Both the position numbers and the translations under genes were made by a program. DNA of 64,000 bases from NCBI GenBank assembly GCA_964016885.1, contig OZ024742.1, positions 171,182,001 to 171,246,000 on the forward strand, in the 5' to 3' direction. The notes beneath the pieces are model-generated. The model did not search any database and was not told the origin of the DNA. It saw nothing but the letters and a program-made list of their open reading frames with translations. This stretch comes from Eledone cirrhosa (Eukaryota). The stretch's first letter is position 1. Every line of letters begins with the position of its first letter. Below, in pieces: positions 59,542 through 64,000 of the stretch.

Positions 59542-60095
59542 AACACACACATATATATATATATATGCATGTTGATATACATGTATATATGTTTGGGCAT
59601 ATGTGAGTGTAAGCACTTGCGTGTATTCTATGCGTGTGTTCGGAGGTAGTCATATATCTACACACACACATACAAATACACACAAACACACAAGAACACA
59701 CAGGCAAACACACTAACACTCATTCACACACAAAGATAAATTCTAAATTAAGGCAATTCTTTGAAAATAACCTATTACGATCGAAATAACAAACATGTGT
59801 TGATTTCATAATGAATATCATTGCTCGAGGTCGTTTTACACACACACACACACGCAACACACACATGCACGCACACATACACTCACACATACACACACAC
59901 ATACACACACATGCACATATACACACATGCACACACATACAAACACATACGAACACTTACACTAATACACACACACACACAGACACACCTACTCACACAC
60001 ACGCGCACCCAGTTACATATATATGTACATATAAAGACATATATATCTGTGCGTTTATCGCTCTGTGTATGTATTAATTTAAAACACACACACAA

Positions 60096-60167
<72 letters not shown>

Positions 60168-60602
60168 GCATATATTTACATATAAAGACACACATATATG
60201 TGGGCGTTTATTGCTCTATGTATGTGTTATTTTGTGCATGTGTTTCAATGCGTGTGTTCATGTGTTTGTGTGTGTGAATGTGTATGCCTGTGTGTGCGTG
60301 TGTGTGTGCGTGTGTGTGTGTGTGTGTGTGTGAGACTCTGTGTGTGTAGTGACTCTGTGTGTGTATGTATGTATGTGTGTGTAGCTTTCGCTATTTAAAA
60401 GTCAATTTAAACCATCAGAGTTACGTGGTTTGATCGGTTTACAATTTACAAATTATAATTTGACGAGATATTTTCCGAAATTGGCGGGTATTAATAAACT
60501 TATTCCTCTAGTGATGAAAACAACGGTATTGGTGATGCGTAAGGAGTGGTGGTGGGTCGACAACGGCAGCGAAGATTGTGATGATGGGGAGGATAAAGAA
60601 AG

Positions 60603-60779
60603 TAAGGATTTCCTGGCGTCGAAGACGCTACTTTTTCTCTAAAATAAGTCTCAACAATTTACCATGCATTTTAGAGGCCGAAGGTTGTTTACTATTTTTT
60701 TTTTTTTTCACATTTTTGGTTGTCAAAATTAGGGTGCGTCCTCGAGGACGAAGCATCTTCGGCGCCGCGAAATACGGTA
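60603..60779. mobile_element. pogo/Tc2-type MITE (left TIR degenerate)
   Basis: ATTTCCTGGCGTCGAAGACGC / GCATCTTCGGCGCCGCGAAATACGGTA; internal GGGTGCGTC repeat. Confidence 0.6.
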
Positions 60780-61190
60780 TGTTGAGATGATGGCAATGAT
60801 GAAGATGAAAGTGAGGAGGCGAATGATGATAATGTTGATGACAATGCTTTCAGAAACAACCGCTCCAGACTTATATTCATCTAAAATGAAAGAATTTGTG
60901 GTCAACGGCTTTTTAGTATAGAGGTGAACGCAGATGTTCGTGCGCGGCTCGAATCGTCTAAGGCATCTCTGTCCACTATATTCCATTCAGGGGCCTTTTA
61001 TCTGATTTTCTCAATGATCATTATACTGATTGACTATTATTATGGTCACATGCGTTGGGACGCACGTATATCAAATTCTCCAAATGTTTCTCATCTCAGG
61101 TCAACTGCTATAAACATACGCACACACACAGACACACACAAGCATATATGTATACCTGAATGTGTGTGTATGCATATATGTATGTATATC

Positions 61191-61287
<97 letters not shown>

Positions 61288-61445
61288 GTATATATATATT
61301 TATATTTATACACACACACGTATATATATATATATATACGTATATATACGTATATATATATATGTACTATCCGGGAGCTTCCAACAGTAATGGTCGCATT
61401 CTTTAAGGGTATGTCAATATTTATTTATAAAACTGCTCTATATTA

Positions 61446-61510
61446 TATTTTATCTGAGGAAAGCACACCATAATTTAACTTGGTGTCCTTGAAATATGTA
61501 TAATGAAATA
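61446..61510 (+). ncRNA. Type I HHR, family A
   Basis: TATTTTAT-CTGAGGA-AAG.ACACCA..TGGTGT.CTT-GAAA-TATGTA-TA-ATGAAATA. Confidence 0.7.
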
Positions 61511-61561
61511 AATATGGTTTTATAAATATAGTTTCCATTTGTTAATATCGTATATATATAT

Positions 61562-63505
61562 ATATCAATAATATTAATAAATGGAAGCTATCTTTATAAA
61601 ACCATATTTATTTTATTATATATATTTCAAGGTTACCAACATTTTAGTACGTTCTCATCAGATAAAATACAAAAGTTGGTTTACAGATAGTGACATATCA
61701 GACAAGAACTTAATGTTGTGAGTTCTATTTGATATTGAAGACATTTTTCACATAATTACCAATCATGAGAATACTATAAACAAAAAGGAAGAATTATTTA
61801 ATTCTTGTTTGCATCGACAGTCCAAGACTTTTAAAAGTATCTATAATCTATAGAAAATATTATATATAGCCTCTATATATTGCCCAGTTACATTTTATGT
61901 CGTTGCTGTTTTTTGTGATGTTTTTAATGATTTTTTAAAAGGTATTTTTGATGTTTGTTGAACTTTTTTCTAATAGGCTTTATCGGTCTTTTAAATCCAT
62001 ACATACAAATACTTAATATCATCAAATTTATACATAGGTATAAGTAATTGTTTCTACGTTAGGCACAAGGCCAGCAATAACCCAGTGTATTACTGGTACT
62101 TTATTTTATCGACCCCGTAAGAATGACAGGCAAAGTTAACCTCGGCGGTATAAGTAATTGTTTCTACTTTTAGGCACAAGGCCAGCAATTACCCAGTACA
62201 TAACTGGTACTTTATTTTATCGACCACGTAAGGATGAAAGGCAAAGTTAACCTCGGCGGGATTTGAACTCATATCATAAAGGGACATAACTATGCTAGAA
62301 AGCATGGCGTCCGACCCTCTACCGATACTGCCAATAAGTAATGTTATCAAAATATATACATAAAATTTTTATCCTGGAACATATGTAATATATGATGCTC
62401 TAAAATCATATATAAAATAATTTTTTCATATACTACAATTAGAATATAATTTGAAAGTAAAGTTGAGACTAAACGATACATATAACTATATCTTTAAATA
62501 ACTTAACACCGTAAACTAATAAAAATTAGAGATATCTTTTCCTTTGAAAAGAAACATGTTTACATCTAATATCTACGTAGCATTTAAACTTTACATAAAT
62601 ATTAAAATTTCGTAAATTTATTTCTATCTTGAAACAACTATAGAATATACAAAATAATATACATCTTCTATACTAATATAGAATTACTTGCATATTTTTA
62701 AGCCATATATTGAAAATATAAACATATCTTCGCCCAATATTATAACATATTATAACTCTTCTTATATAAAGCTATCTATATTTAACTAAAATTATTTATC
62801 TATTAAATAAATAACATATATACTCACCAAAACTATTTATATATATACAACTAACCACTTATAATATAATAAAATATAATTATAACTGCAATCTTCATAA
62901 TATTAAAACACACCTGTAGAATAGCCCCAATCGTATATATAAATATAAGATATCATTCACATTTTAAATTAATATTCTCTCACTTTAGCACATTTATTTA
63001 TAATTCACACGTTATATAATAAATACTTCCAAAGTATATAATTAAATAATAAAATAAATATAATTATTTCATACTCTCTACGCCCTTACAAATACGTTTC
63101 GGACAATTATATACGCACATTCTGTTGGTAACTTTAATATATTTTTTTCTTAAATCTTTCCTTAAATGTTCTTCCACCCTAATAATAACCCCTATTTCCT
63201 TTTCTTATTAAAAAAAAAAAGAATTCTAATAATTGTTTAAATTTACCTAGCGTCTAAACATAACGATCTTTTTCAGTTTTAACATTATCCTCATTAGCAT
63301 ATTCGTCTTGTGATTGGAAGTTTTTCTTCAATATCAAATAGAACTCACAACATTAAGTTCTTGTCTGAATATGTCACTATCTGTAAACCAATTTTTGTAT
63401 TTTATCTGATGAGAGCGTACCAACATTTTGGTACCCTTGAAATATATATAATAAAATAAATATGGTTTCATAAAGATAGCTTCGATTTATTAATATTATT
63501 GATAT
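61562..63505 (+). mobile_element. Non-coding AT-rich element bounded by ~180-bp inverted repeats (61562-61741 / 63326-63505) with HHRs at 61609-61669 (-) and 63398-63458 (+)
   Basis: TATTTTAT-CTGATGA-GAG.GTACCAA CATT TTGGTAC.CTT-GAAA-TATATA-TA-ATAAAATA. Confidence 0.8.
62044..62334 (-). mobile_element. SINE family 1 with duplicated 3' half
   Basis: 62044-62148 partial plus 62155-62334 full. Confidence 0.85.
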
Positions 63506-63644
63506 TATACTCCAGAAGAAAATTGTTGAGTGCTTATAATCTGTTATAAATTAAATTTGTTGAATAATCAACTCATTTCTTATATATATATATATATATA
63601 TATATAAGAAATGAGTTTGCAAATTCGACTGTCACCACATATCA

Positions 63645-63683
63645 TGAACCTGAAGATTGCGAAAGCATGAAAGTACTTGTTCA
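63645..63683 (+). ncRNA. Minimal type I HHR (family F), GAAA tetraloop stem II, CUU triplet
   Basis: TGAAC-CTGAAGA-T TGC GAAA GCA T-GAAA-GTAC-TT-GTTCA; predicted cleavage after 63678. Confidence 0.85.
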
Positions 63684-63871
63684 ATTAACACTTAGAATTT
63701 AATATTCTATCATACTATTTCATTATAATACCATTATATATATGTTAAAGGATTGTAAATAAAACGAGTAAATCAGACAAAGTTGGAATTCCTCTTATTA
63801 ATATAATCTTCTATACACAATCATACACACCCGTGTATATTTACCTATCTATATCTATATATATATATATT

Positions 63872-63977
<106 letters not shown>

Positions 63978-64000
63978 TATTATTAGTATTATTAGTATTG

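Overview
AT-rich eukaryotic DNA saturated with microsatellites ((TA)n, (CA)n, (GA)n, (CATA)n, (GAT)n, (AAT)n). The SINE content suggests a cephalopod, probably octopus (inference). Only one host exon is supportable: a 288-bp phase 1-1 Ig-domain exon on the minus strand (53115-53402, Dpr/ZIG-like), so most of the window is probably intron or intergenic. Nearly all listed ORFs are microsatellite artefacts. The rest is retroelement debris: three Penelope-like GIY-YIG remnants, RTE, CRE-like and R4/Dong-like LINE ends, two tRNA-derived SINE families and two MITEs. The main signal is non-coding. By eye I find about 27 type I hammerhead ribozyme (HHR) motifs (some degenerate) from roughly 10 distinct sequence families on both strands. 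They sit in short non-coding modules embedded in (TA)n and arranged as tandem arrays or fold-back palindromes. The best example is an array of 4.3 apparently identical 310-bp units (18852-20197) with one intact HHR per full unit and an inverted 5' arm, i.e. a candidate non-LTR retrozyme that could yield a 310-nt circular RNA. All folds were derived manually; none is computationally or experimentally validated.
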